This document shows positions 39,783 through 53,076 of a stretch of DNA of 64,000 nt, piece after piece. The DNA is from Selaginella moellendorffii (taxonomy: Eukaryota; Plantae; Lycopodiophyta): NCBI RefSeq assembly GCF_000143415.4, contig NW_003314434.1, positions 104,008 through 168,007 of the forward strand, given 5' to 3'. Both the position numbers and the translations under genes were made by a program. The notes below the pieces were generated by a model. The model worked only from the letters and a program-made list of their open reading frames with translations. It had not been told where the DNA came from and ran no database searches. Numbering within the stretch: position 1 is the first letter of the stretch; every line of letters starts with the position of its first letter.

Positions 39783-41111
39783 ATTTAACAATGCATTGGA
39801 TTGTATTGAATTGTGTTACCAGGAGTCTGGATGATTTGTCTTTGGAGTAGTCACTTTAATAATAACCATCAATTGCATGGAAAATTCCTGACTCACATGG
39901 GTGTAATCTGCGCTCAATTGGGCAACATCCTCCACAAACCTAATGACATTTTACCTGCAAAAATCCACCCAGCAGGTACTTTACATATGAATTAGGAAAG
40001 ACTAACCTCACTAGTGTGGCAAGGGAATAGGGAATAGAAAACATTGGGTAGAATTTATTATAGGAGATGGCCATCTTGGTATGGCTATGATGCTATATAT
40101 TAATATTAAATTAGTTTTAATTTAGACACTTGCTCCTTGTATATAAACTAGGTTTTTGGGTTTATTGAAATGCCCATTTCTATATTCAATTTCCATATTT
40201 TATGCACTCATATTATAGAGGTGAGGGGTAATTTTGATTATCCTTAAGGAGTGCTTGGATTTGGGATTTTGGTTTAGATTTAAATTTTGCATTGTCTAAA
40301 ACTCTTTTTCCTTATAATTTTTTAAATTTTTTCTCTTTTCCTTTTTCCTTTTCATTCATTTTCATAGTAGAGTAACAACTTCCTCCTCTTTTAACTTTGG
40401 AGTAATAATTGGTGTAATTGCTCAATGTTATGTGGTTGTAATTGAACAATCAGACTTAAATGATAGTGCCATTCATGACATATGATATAGTTCCTTCTAC
40501 TCTTGTTGCCAATCCTCGTGTCTGGTTGAAGTTCTTCTATGAGAATCTTAAAAATAATATGTACAATTAGTTCAATCAATTTACAATGATTATCACATAT
40601 CATTTTTTGGATGATACTTAGTGTTTGTGAGAGTTCCCCATATATTTCTAAAGGACAACACTGTAGTGGTACAATAGTTTAAATGCAATCACTTATGCAG
40701 ATTGGAGCATTCTCCCAGATATTTTCAAATGCACATTTAGACATATCAAGGATTGTGTTAATGTCTTTTAATAATTATATCATTTTTATTAAAAGCTATT
40801 TGAGTTAATGATGCAATTTGGTGTTTGTTTCTGAAGCTTTTTGCTTTATGTAGAGCTAAATATATTAGAGTGGATCAAATTAGGAATATTATGGCGAATA
40901 TTTTATCAAAATCTTGTAAAACTTATGTATGTATTTATTCTAGCCACTTTTGATAATATATGAGATGTTACCTCTTCCACTTTTCAATGTATGTCCTTCA
41001 GTTCCATTTCATATGGGAGATGGTCCTGTTCCAATGGAGGTTCTAATGGACATGGTTGTGGCTTTGATATCCACTATTAGGCATGTAATGAAGTTGATCA
41101 TACTTATCATG

Positions 41112-41745
41112 TGTAGTGCATATAATCATGGGATAAAATTTAGATATACTGTCACCGTGAATCTTTGGAACTTTGGGGGATAAATGGGGATAAAATAGCC
41201 ACTAAGGGCTCTCTCATCAAGCAATTACCCCTTTTTCAGTTGACTTAAGAGGAGAGAAATAAGGTGTGTTACAATTGGTATCGGAGCAAATGACACAGGT
41301 TTGATTCCCATTAATTAGTGGCTACTTAAAAATATAATATACCCTTGAGTAAGGTATATTCCTACCCCTAAATTTGAAATTGGGCATCCATGCGTACATC
41401 CTTCCTCCTGTGTGGAGTATCCACAGACGAAGGTATCCACCATGGGACCACAGTACAGGTGGATAACTAATTGCCTTACATGGAATAGGTAATCCATACA
41501 ATGGAAAGATTGGTAAATTTAGTGCAGAAATGGAAGTGTTAGTTCCTCTTAGCTCAGTAGGGGTTGTTAGTCAATAGTTAATAAGGACATTAACATTTCT
41601 GAAGGGGGAGTGAGTGTAGTGCATGTGATCATGGGATAAGATTTAGATATACTATCACTGTGGATTCTTGGAACTTTAGGAGATAAATAAAGATAAAATA
41701 GCCACTAAGGGCTCTCTTATCAAGCAATTGCCCTTTTTCCAGTTG
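41112..41745 (+). mobile_element. TRIM-like miniature LTR retrotransposon with truncated 3' LTR
   Basis: LTR1 41112-41273 (TG...TTACA), PBS TGGTATCGGAGC 41276-41287, PPT GAAGGGGGAGTGAG 41601-41614, LTR2 from 41615 matching LTR1 to ~41745. Confidence 0.85.
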
Positions 41746-42140
41746 CACAAAATAGAACTTAAACTTTTCATGTGCCACATATTATATACCACGTGTTTAA
41801 AGACAGTGGAACGAAACCCAAGTTTTAAAACCTTAAGCCACTAAATGAAAGAATAGAGCCAAATTCCAAAACTTACATTTAAGGAGCCAAAGAATTGGAA
41901 TACAAAACAACTCCTCAAATATTTAACCCAAGGAACAAAGAAATAAAAATATAAAATGACATTGAAACAGTCTTAAAGCTTGTAGCATCCCAATGCCAGA
42001 ATCAACACATAAAATGGAGCCAAATAGAATATAATGTTATTTCAGCATACCGGTGAAAGATAAGTGATAAATAGTTAATTATTTATTGATGGCAAACATA
42101 TATGAATAAGAGTCAATAAGAATGATTTACTTTGGTATGC

Positions 42141-43539
42141 TTATGTTTTGCCAAAGAAACCAAAGAGACCTTTGATAGCTTTGACAGCATTCTCATTGAA
42201 TATAGGCTCGTCATACTTGTCAATCAACGCTTTAAATTCCGGTGATGCTCTCAAGCTTGCCAGATCTTCATCAGTTCTTATTTTCTGCAGGACATTTCTC
42301 TCTTTCAGAAAACTACCTGATTTTTCGTTTCTCACCTTATAATCCTCAAAACCAGCCTCCAGAGCCTCCCCCAGAGCTGAAAGCCCTGCTTCAACCTTGC
42401 CACAAAGAAACAGACCACTATTAGAGATCAATGAGAGCAACGAAAACATTTATCTGATGGTCACCTGGTCAAGTTTTGCGTAGCAGCACGCTACATTGTA
42501 GCTGGCGATTGCTTCTTCAAGCCCCTCGGGCTTGGATCCAAGTACAGACTCGAATTTTGACAGTGCTTCTTGATAGGCTGATTTTCTGGATAGAAATATT
42601 CAAGTTAACAACGTCGTGATTCAAATCGGTCGTACGTACTTGTAGAGTTGAAGGCCATCCCGAAGGTCCTCTTCTCTTTGCTTCTTGAGCTGCATTTTTC
42701 GATTTTAGTTTTGGATCTGGAATTTGTTGATAAGTTTCTAGATTCCGATGATGGGCAAAACTAAGAAATTTCACCTGGATTTCACGAAGCTGCTCACTGA
42801 TGACATTCGCGTTTCTTTGCGCTGCGAGTTTCCCAGACGATACAGCCTGATCTTCTCTTTCTCCCTTCGAGATGAGAAAATCTCGGTAAGATACAGATGA
42901 GAAAAAAAAACAAGTCATGACCAACCGTATTTTTTTTGCATCTTCATGAGAAGAGGTCCAATTCTTTGACGAACAGTGTACATTGTGCGTCCATACTCTG
43001 CCGCTGGCCAGATCTCATTCCCAAAGACAGCACTAGCATTACAAAGAAAAAGATGGTAAAAACACGATGGCATTACCTTGTCGCAAGAACTTTGTCCCCT
43101 GGCTGGAACATCTTTGTTTTCGCTGCACTCCCGCCAGGAGCAAGAGCATCGATGTATGTTCCACTATCGGACCCTTTGTAGAATTTGATCCCATACGGCT
43201 TCTCAATCTCTACCTCATAGAATTCGTCGGGTTTGCTACCACTACTGCTACTTGTACTAGCGCTAGAATCCTTGGATTCCCCGGTGGTGACCGTCCCAAT
43301 GCTAGATGAATCGGCACTACTGGCAGCTGCCAAGATCGATCCCGTGTTGCCGATTCTCTGCGGGAAGGTGAGCTTCCTCTCGAAATTCCTGGAGCTGGCT
43401 TGCCACCGCCGTGGCTGAAGAGGCAAATGCCACAAATGCTGCTGCTGCTGCTGCCACTGGCGATCTTACCAGGAATCCCAGTGGCGCCACCTTGATTGAG
43501 GATGGCGCCGCCGCTCCACAGCGCTGCCCCGGCCGCCAT
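42141..43539 (-). CDS. MET1: MET1/ZKT chloroplast PDZ-K-box-TPR protein, multi-exon
   Basis: Transit-like N-terminus, YEVEIEKPYGIKFYKG..GTYIDA..GG.A..GDKVLAT|SAVFGNEIWPAAEYGR, ASYNVACCYAKL, GFEDYK|KIRTDEDL..FNENAVKAIKGLFG. Confidence 0.92.
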
Positions 43540-43591
43540 CGCCGCTCGGAGGATGAAGAAGCGGGAGGACATAAAAAATAAAAGAGCGCCA

Positions 43592-43625
43592 TAGCTTCGT
43601 CCACGTGGCCACGTGGACGAAGCTA
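43592..43625. promoter_or_regulatory. Perfect 34-bp palindrome containing two tandem G-boxes (CCACGTGG CCACGTGG) upstream of MET1
   Basis: tagcttcgtccacgtgg|ccacgtggacgaagcta is its own reverse complement; ~53 nt upstream of the MET1 ATG. Confidence 0.8.
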
Positions 43626-44639
43626 CCACTGAAATTCCTTGGACTTATTCTAGAATATACCTTACGGCGGCATATTCGATTTGGCATATTCGCTTCTAAC
43701 ATAATGTTTATAGATAGTAAATTTTCTTAAGTTGTTTTATATCTGTGTTAAACAAATGCCCTTTCTCATTTTTTAAATAAACTAGATATAAAACTCTTTT
43801 TAAGAGGTAAACTTATATGACCTTTTTGAAAGCCATTATGAGTTCTTGGGATATAGGTATATTAATTGGGGTTTGACCTTACAAAACCGTTTTACTTTAT
43901 CAACTAAAAAATAATTCTTCTTTTTTTCCATTATATATTTTTTCCATTTTGGAGTCATTACCAACAATCAAAATTTGAATTAAATATATTGGTTTCTACC
44001 ATTCTTTTCTCCTTTGCTCAATTGAGCTTGCATGCCATTACAGCCAGCATGGCTAGAGCCAACACTAGTATGCAGCTAAGGCCATGCACTTTGCCATGAC
44101 AAGTACCATAGCCAACATGAGCCAATTCTAGGGCATGGGCCAATGCCAATATGCTGTCCAGTTCCCATCCAACTGATTTCATTGTAAAACTTTGATAAGA
44201 TATAAAAGACAAAAAACTATGATTTTATAAAATATTTATAAGTGCCTAGACCATGCTATAAAGCCATGCATTTAAACAGGTGGTTCCATTGTTTTCCTAA
44301 GGTTTTCTACCTTGGTTAATAATCTCTAAAATTTAAGAAACCAGGGTTAATCTGACTCTGAATCTTCTTTTGTAAATATGTATGACCAACTTCTTTTTGT
44401 CCAAATTTTTGTTCAAAGGTAGCAACTCTAACATAAACCCCCCACCCCAACGGTTTCTCTTAATTATTTTCAAAGGCCTCTCCTTTGGAGGGCTTCCTAC
44501 TCTTCTTATTTGCTTAGTTTTAATTATGGCAAAGTTGAATATGAACAAAAGAAAATAGAAAAGGAGGTCTTAAGTGTAATTCCATTTTGTTTAAGCTTTT
44601 TTCTTTTGTTCTGCCTAAGATATAAAAACATTTACCTTT

Positions 44640-45790
44640 TCATCATTCCCAGCTATTGCCTGTCCTCAAGCAGTCGAATTCTCTAAATCCTGCTCTAGAT
44701 TGCTGAGCTTGGTCTTCATAGTGACAAGCTCGACGCTTCAGCATAGATTGTCAAGTTTTTGACATATCATCTAATTCTTCTAGTCAAGCATGGCGATGTG
44801 CTAATCCTGGCGGGTGATACACTCTACATCAGTGGATGTGAAAGTCAAGATTGTGCTTTTGAGTTTTTTGGATTATATGGTGTTGATGATTTTGCTCACC
44901 CATGACTCAATCCACTTTCTTGGTAATTGTCTTGAGGTAGCTCAAGACTTGCACTTAGTACTTTGTAGTTTCCTCATCTTCTATCGGTTGCATTGGCTTG
45001 TCAACTGGCTGCTTGCCTCCCTTGATGTGTTGAGCAAGTTCCTCCATGAAGCTTCGGACTGCTAGCTGGCTAGGTTGATTCGCGGACTTGTGCACAAAGG
45101 CGCAACTAGCTTTGACTTTATAGTGCTGCTGTAGTGTCTACTACTGCTGTGGTTGCCTCATTTTGCTAGACTTATCAGTCAAGGGTGTGTCGTTATCAAA
45201 TGGATAGGTGGATTGGAGAAACTTTAACCCATACTCCTTTAGTTCACATAGACCCTCTTTTGTAGCCTTATCGTCTTTGTCCTATTGAGTTTTTTGGCCA
45301 TGATTTTCTTGGCCTAAACTCACCTCATTGGATATATCTACAGCCAATGGTTTTGCAACATCTATAGGCACATTATGTGTTGAATTTTGTGGCTTAAATT
45401 TTGGAATTTCTTCCACAACTTCGACATTCATCATTTGCCTAGTGTTATCCATTTGTGTATTCATCACTTCTTCGATGCTCAAAGAGATTTGTCTAGGCAT
45501 CAGAATTGTCTTTGTAGACATAGACAAATTACAATTTTGTTCTTGATCTGGGCATAGCATTTTATCACCATACTTATTGTGTTTAGCTTTTCTACAGCAT
45601 ACTTAGCCACTGGATTTCTAGAGGTCTCACAGTTTGGATTTTTGGATTTAGGTAAAATTTCTTTTTAAGGGGAGAATTTTCCTCGCTTGAATCTGTATTC
45701 TCCTCCACTTCCACATCCCTCTCTATTTCCCTCAGAAGAGATACTAAAGGTGGTGGCTCAATAACAAGGTGAGGCGCAAGATCCTCCTAA
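44640..45790 (-). mobile_element. Degenerate coding-like remnant, probably an older retroelement hosting the young LTR insertion
   Basis: Broken low-complexity ORFs abutting the left TSD; Gypsy-like remnants flank the right TSD. Confidence 0.35.
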
Positions 45791-45795
45791 GTAGT

Positions 45796-46939
45796 TGTAG
45801 CGCACGTGGTTTTGACCCTTTATCCTATGGTGATTTACCATAGGATAACACCACGAAGCGGAACCTAAACCCTCTTTGTGCCACGTGACAGATGCCACGT
45901 GTCACATGCCACGTGTCCATGCCACGTGTCCACAGGAACCCGAGGTTCAGGGCCTTGGGCCACTGAACGAAGGAACGGTGCCAAACTCCTAAGCGTGACG
46001 CCAAGGAGTGATGGAACCGGACCACGGAGCAACTCCCGAGCATACAGCCCAAGGAGCGAAGGGACAGGGGCCTGGAGCGACTTGGAATAGTCCTAGAGCA
46101 ACCAGCATCCCAATGCCAGGACCAGCACGCAAAACGGAGCCAAACGGAGTCTGGCGCTATTTCGGCATACCGGTGGCCTAACGTGAGAGTATGGGTACTC
46201 CACCAGCTAGCATGGAATGGAACTTGGGCTTAGACCCAAGCCGGACGCAGAACAAGGACAGGCACGCAAGCGGGAGCTAGACTATGCCTCAGGTTGGTCG
46301 GCCATGCCCGACCTACCCCCTATCCCTACTATACATTTGGAACCCCCCATAGCCCCCCCCCCTTGAGGAACACACGCTTTGGGCTTTCACCCCAAGCCTC
46401 CCTTAGTATCTGGAGTTAGTCTCTGGGACAAGCTCGAAACTTACTAATTATGGAATGTCCCTAGATTGCGAATTTGGACACGGGACGAACACCATTGTGT
46501 TCAGGACGATCTCTACATTCCGTAGATATGCCAAATGAGCAAATCTGGACACTTTCCATAAATAGCATTTGGGACGAATTAAGACTAACATAAAGGGCAT
46601 GATAGCGAGGGTGTTTGGCAGACACGGTAAGCTATCATCTAGCGATGTTGAGGGACCAATCTCAATATCGCGGGGGTTCTTGATACTAGCAAGTGCAAGC
46701 CAATGACTCAAGTTTCTCAAACCAGGCCGAGTATGCTCAGCAAGAAACACATAGGGTTCCTACCTTATGTTTATCCAATCTAAGTGCATGGTCATTGACC
46801 AGTTTCTCAACTAGCTCAAGTGGGAAACTGATAACGGGTCCAGCAATACCGACCTCCTGCCGTCGTGGCAGTAAGGTAAGAGTGTCCGTAAGGACTAGCC
46901 GACAGGTAACTTTCGATACCCGAAGTCACATGCGCGACA
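45796..46939 (-). repeat. 3' LTR
   Basis: Near-identical to 51928-53071 (about 7 transitions counted by eye). Confidence 0.95.
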
Positions 46940-49900
46940 CTCGCCCCCCCTTGGGAAGATCGACGTCCTCGTCGATGCATACTCCAGTCTAGAATACCGC
47001 CAAGGAAACAACTCCATAAAAAGTTCACGGTACTCACACTATGTGAGAAATGCACCAACTTAAATGAGTTAGGGGGTAACCTCTTTGTCTAACGCGGATG
47101 CGCTACCAGCTCAGACACCTTCCGGCCGTCGCCGACAAGGAAATGACCAACGGAGTCAACCACCCCTGCTGCTCTGGGAGTCACCCAGCTTACAAAAGTG
47201 TGATACGCCCCTGCCCGCAGGGACATAGAGAGAGAAGCCAGAGGCCCCAACCCTCCTAAGCAAATAAACCAAACACGTCGGTAAGGTTTAGATAGACTAC
47301 TGTAAACAGGCAGTTAGAGTTGTTTACACGGTCACGCCCTTTCACAGAACAAGGAACATCGACAGAGAGGCGGGTTATGTGACCAGTCGACAGTAGCTAC
47401 CCCATGACTAGAGATTTCACCATGCACACGAAGTGCCGAAGCCAGTCTGCCTATACTGGCCCAAACTCAAAGATCAATATATATGGACATATCAAAGTCA
47501 TAGACAATGATATCTTAGAGATTTAATTATCAGTGAATAAAGCTTAGATTAGAACACAAAAGTATTCCAAGTAAGTTATCATCCGATAAACTAGTATTAC
47601 AGTATAGGAACCACCAAGATCATTATAATTGGTAAACATAGGAATCACCATCCAACAAAATTCAATAGCAAGTAGATCATCAAGGAAACGCAATGATGAA
47701 ACTTAACTATCGAAGATAGTAGACAGTAAGCCAACAACTTACTAGAGAGAACTCAAAGAACACAAAGTATCATTGACTAACAAGCACAATGCTCGCGAAT
47801 GTATCACCCAAAGGAAATAACATCCAAATCTATCAAAACTAACTCGAGCAACAATCAACAGAACAAAATGAATGTTGCAAAGCAAACAAACGCTTGTTCA
47901 TATTAACCATTACACTAGCCAATCCGAATAGATCCCAGCCAACAACACGAAGGAACTCAAGTTGCCTAAGCAAGTGTTAGCAACATCCTACGGATGTCTC
48001 AAACCCAAGAGACCAATCCAGAGCAAACCACAAAGAATATGTGGTATTGTGAAAAGCCATAAGCCATCAAAAAAGAACAACTAACCATCATGAAAGATCA
48101 TCAATCATCCCATCAATAAAGAGATGCAAAATCATCGTCTAAGAAGGAATCCACCATCCCGAAGAATAGCGAATCAATCTAGATCAACGATAATCAAGCA
48201 AAACCTCTGACAAAGATAATCAATTATCCCAGATGATAGTCAATCATCACCAATGATTGCTAGATGCAAATACTAACTTCAACATCGAAGCTAATGAGCC
48301 AAAAATGCCTTCCCCAACAACTTCTAACAAATGGAACAATGAGCACAAAACTCAAGAACCAAAAGCTCGAAGAAGCCTATAACTAAGTCTTGCCTAATAA
48401 TGATCACGAGTCTCATAGAAGCTAACTTCAATGCTAAAGAAGAAATCATGGTGCAACCCACAATATCTTCCTCAACACATCCATAAGCCAAACTTCATAA
48501 TGCCAAAGCTAATGAAGAGCATTTCTGCATCAATCCAAAAGCTAAGCATAACGAAGCTATGTTTAACAAGTGATCATCAAACGATCCTCCATGAATCCAT
48601 CTATAGCAAGACGTAACTCACTTCATAACAAGCTCAAAAAGAATCATTAATGATCGCTATATTCCGAACTCAAATCCAGCAAGGACTCAACATTCTAATA
48701 TCGATCACTAACTCTTCTTCCTCTTGTAGAGTTAGCATAATCCACGACTAAATCACTTTTCAAGGAAAAGCTAAAGCTCAATCCTCTACTAAATAATCTC
48801 GTCTAGAACACAACTAACTCAACTTGCCACTCAGTTCATTTGAACGTCAACACAGTTGCTAACTAGCAAATGCACAAATGCCAACAACACAAAGCTATAG
48901 CCAAATCATCAACACTATATTCATCAAGACTAATGAAACTCAATATCAATCCTTGGAAGGATATCTCATTTCACTCAGATCTCAATATCAACAATATCAA
49001 TGACAAGGCATCACTTCAATGCCATCAACATTAGGACAAAGCTAGAAGAAAGCTAGAGTGAATCACCACTCAAAACTTCCTAGCAACCAAGCTAACCACA
49101 GTCGAAGATACCTTAGTGTGTATCCAAGACCAACCCTTCAGCAATACTCAGTTTCAGATACACATCATCAAGGAGTGATTCACCACGTCCAAGACTCAAT
49201 GAAATCCAACACTACGGACTAGACGTAACCAAATGATATCGACAGAGGTAGAGTCGACAAGCCAACATGAAAAACTCATGTAAGTCTAACAACACGATCC
49301 TCCGCAACACCATCCGGTCAAGCAAGCCCACCACTGCTAAATCATCATCAAGCAAAGCAAGTGTCAACGGTCTTTTTGGCAAAGTCTATAAGTAATCACT
49401 AGTCGCAAAGCAACTAACAATCGCCCTTCAACTTGCCTTCACAAGACCCGAACACTAACTCATGTCATCAAGTTATATACTTATCTAGCATAAACATAAT
49501 ACCTCAAACATGAGATAAAAGTCCATGGACAAGCACAAACTAAATGACCACTTGAATCCAACTCAACCGTAATAAGCTCACTAAAACATTTAGCCACTAG
49601 CTCTGAGCATGCCTTGAAGAGGCTAGCTATGCATGATCAACACTCAGTCGAAACTAAAGTGAAGACCATGAGATGAACTCACATCGGTACACAACCTCCT
49701 CATAGACAAAGCTATAGTACGGGTACCAACATCTCAACCTCAAACAACTAAGTTGGACATCACCATCCTCAGCCAAGGCGCAGGGCCACCAAGACCAAGT
49801 CAAGATCAGTGAGAGCTCACTACTCTCGTAGAGTCTAACGTAATGCAAGGTGCAACCTGCCACCAAGCACAACGCTACAAAAGAAAGGTACAAGGGTCAC

Positions 49901-51927
49901 CCTTCTGAGAAAAGCGCAACAGCCACTTTTCTACACCAACTCCAGACTCTATCCAACTCAATTGCTTTAGCCCCAAAAGTTAGCATCCCTTTCGGGCCGC
50001 ATCATACAAACTACTTACTAAGATCTAAGCCAACCGAAGTCAACTCCAACCGCTTCACTAGTTTGTACTGGCTTTCGAAAATGGAATGGTTTTCGGACAA
50101 AATGATCAATAGATCAGCCATTGGAAAAGTCTAAGAAAATTTGTGGAAAATTTCCCATCCTATAGAAAGAATGACTCTCAGTCCAGGATTGCAAACTTTC
50201 AAGACTCAACCAACTTCCTCCTACCAACAACTTCACATAGGCTCACCTCAACACAGATTCTCATGATCCATCAATATGCTTAAGCATCGAACATCTTTGC
50301 CCATTTTTCCGACATCTAACTCCGACATCCGCAAAGTGCAAAATGAACATCCAAGGCTTGATCACGAAGACCACATCTTCGGATATCCACATTGCACTAG
50401 CACTCTTCTTCAACCACCTTCAAGATCCAATGTGAAGCCAAAACACTAACAAGAAAAATGACTTGGAAAATCAAGCTCTAAGGAAACTTCCTCATCACTT
50501 GAAATAACAATGCCACCTCCACTAACACAAGTGCTAGTGATGTCAATGCCCCAACTACACATCTTCTCCATCCAACAATCTACTCCAAGTGCTAACAGAT
50601 CAACCAACAAGCCATAGCAAATGAATGCTATAACCCTTTCCATCACCTAACAGGCAAACTCAAGGAAACAAGGTACCAACTTAAGCTTAGCATAATGGAC
50701 CACCATCGAGAATCCAGTCAAAGCTACTACAATGCTACTTCGTGCAAGTAGACTAGCTTCTCCATCAACCACTTTGGGGTTGATCATCATTTACCCAAGC
50801 AACTTCGTAAACGCATTACTCTTTATCACATGGATATGATATAAGCATCACAATGACTTGATCATCAATTGAGTAACGCAATGAGCAATGCCTATGTCAT
50901 TACTTCAAACGTTTATGTGAGTATCAAATGCCAACTCGATTCGACAAAATGCAACATAAATGCCACATTCCACAAATAGAGGTTTACGACACCCAACACC
51001 ACTAACTTTTGTTCACAACATGGACAAGCTCATGCCACTCTCTTTCCGACCAAACTCAACACTAATCCAACACCAAGCTACTCAAGGAGCAATAGCAAGG
51101 TTCCCTGGAAAAGAATTGAGCATTGCAACCCAAGTCTTCCAATAGCGAGCCTAGACAAAATGGTTTAGTGTTACACCACTATCCATCCCATAACTCACCA
51201 CTTGTAAGACCATCATTTCCAACATGCATCAAGGTAGGGACTCTTGATTGCATAATGTGAACACAAGCAATGAGTTAACACCTCGTTGCAAATCATTTCT
51301 CCAAGAAGAGAAAATGATTTACGTATTTGATCCTCCGTCCCCGATGACTCTCTTTTCGGTCTCATCTTTGACCAAACCTCAAGCTTGCTTTCCCACTGCC
51401 TTCAGCTCAATCGAAGAAAAGTTTATGAGAGAGCACGGCAATGATTACTTGAACCAATAGACTATTTCCTCCAGTCTTGATTGATCCACTTATAATCATG
51501 CCTAGGAAGGATCCACTAGTGCCGTGCTAAACAGCTACGAACCAGCCTATTTGCCAATCATAGTAAACCCAGGGAAAGTTTATTTTCACCCACGGTAAAT
51601 GGAACAACTCATGGAACCATCGATAGGCTAACATTAATCCTGCCAACTCAAAGTGCAACCTTGAGTTGCTAATGTGCCTCACTCACGAGCCCAAGCACAA
51701 ACTCGTGCTACTGGAACAACTCAAATCCATCTTATGAGCCCAAGAGCAAGCTCACATAATTACGGTACAAGAAGGTAACCGAATCCATACCCAAGGAACG
51801 ATTGCGAAGTCTTTGCACCCAAACGTGTACCCACTCGGATCATCGTTTTCATCTCTGCGTATGCAACGAGACTAGTTGCCCAATCTCATTGAATAGTACT
51901 CGCTGAGACTCATCCTCTGATACCAAA

Positions 51928-53071
51928 TGTAGCGCACGTGGTTTTGACCCTTTATCCTATGGTGATTTACTATAGGATAACACCACGAAGCGGAACCTAA
52001 ACCCTCTTTGTGCCACGTGACAGATGCCACGTGTCACATGCCACGTGTCCATGCCACGTGTCCACAGGAACCCGAGGTTCAGGGCCTTGGGCCACTGAAC
52101 GAAGGAACGGTACCAAACTCCCAAGCGTGACGCCAAGGAGTGATGGAACCGGACCACGGAGCAACTCCCGAGCATACAGCCCAAGGAGCGAAGGGACAGG
52201 GGCCTGGAGCGACTTGGAACAGTCCTAGAGCAACCAGCATCCCAATGCCAGGACCAGCACGCAAAACGGAGCCAAACGGAGTCTGGCGCTATTTCGGCAT
52301 ACCGGTGGCCTAACGTGAGAGTATGGGTACTCCACCAGCTAGCATGGAATGGAACTTGGGCTTAGACCCAAGCCGGACGCAGAACAAGGACAGGCACGCA
52401 AGCGGGAGCTAGATTATGCCTCAGGTTGGTCGGCCATGCCCGACCTACCCCCTATCCCTACTATACATTTGGAACCCCCCATAGCCCCCCCCCCTTGAGG
52501 AACACACGCTTTGGGCTTTCACCCCAAGCCTCCCTTAGTATCTGGAGTTAGTCTCTGGGACAAGCTCGAAACTTACTAATTATGGAATGTCCCTAGATTG
52601 TGAATTTGGACACGGGACGAACACCATTGTGTTCAGGACGATCTCTACATTCCGTAGATATGCCAAATGAGCAAATCTGGACACTTTCCATAAATAGCAT
52701 TTGGGACGAATTAAGACTAACATAAAGGGCATGATAGCGAGGGTGTTTGGCAGACACGGTAAGCTATCATCTAGTGATGTTGAGGGACCAATCTCAATAT
52801 CGCGGGGGTTCTTGATACTAGCAAGTGCAAGCCAATGACTCAAGTTTCTCAAACCAGGCCGAGTATGCTCAGCAAGAAACACATAGGGTTCCTACCTTAT
52901 GTTTATCCAATCTAAGTGCATGGTCATTGACCAGTTTCTCAACTAGCTCAAGTGGGAAACTGATAACGGGTCCAGCAATACCGACCTCCTGCCGTCGTGG
53001 CAGTAAGGTAAGAGTGTCCGTAAGGACTAGCCGACAGGTAACTTTCGATACCCGAAGTCACATGCGCGACA
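51928..53071 (-). repeat. 5' LTR
   Basis: Adjacent to tRNA-iMet PBS; near-identical to 45796-46939. Confidence 0.95.
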
Positions 53072-53076
53072 GTAGT

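Larger units (their letters stand above)
45796..53071 (-). mobile_element. Non-autonomous Gypsy-derived LTR retrotransposon (LARD-like), 7276 bp
   Basis: Two 1144-bp LTRs TG..CA; TSD GTAGT at 45791-45795 and 53072-53076; minus-strand PBS TGGTATCAGAG 51915-51925; PPT AAGGGGGGGCGAG 46940-46952; no internal ORF over 100 aa. Confidence 0.95.

Noticed and set aside
45825-46992. Duplicated small ORFs (also at 51957-53148)
   Set aside because: They lie in the LTRs, so the duplication is explained by the element and they show no protein features
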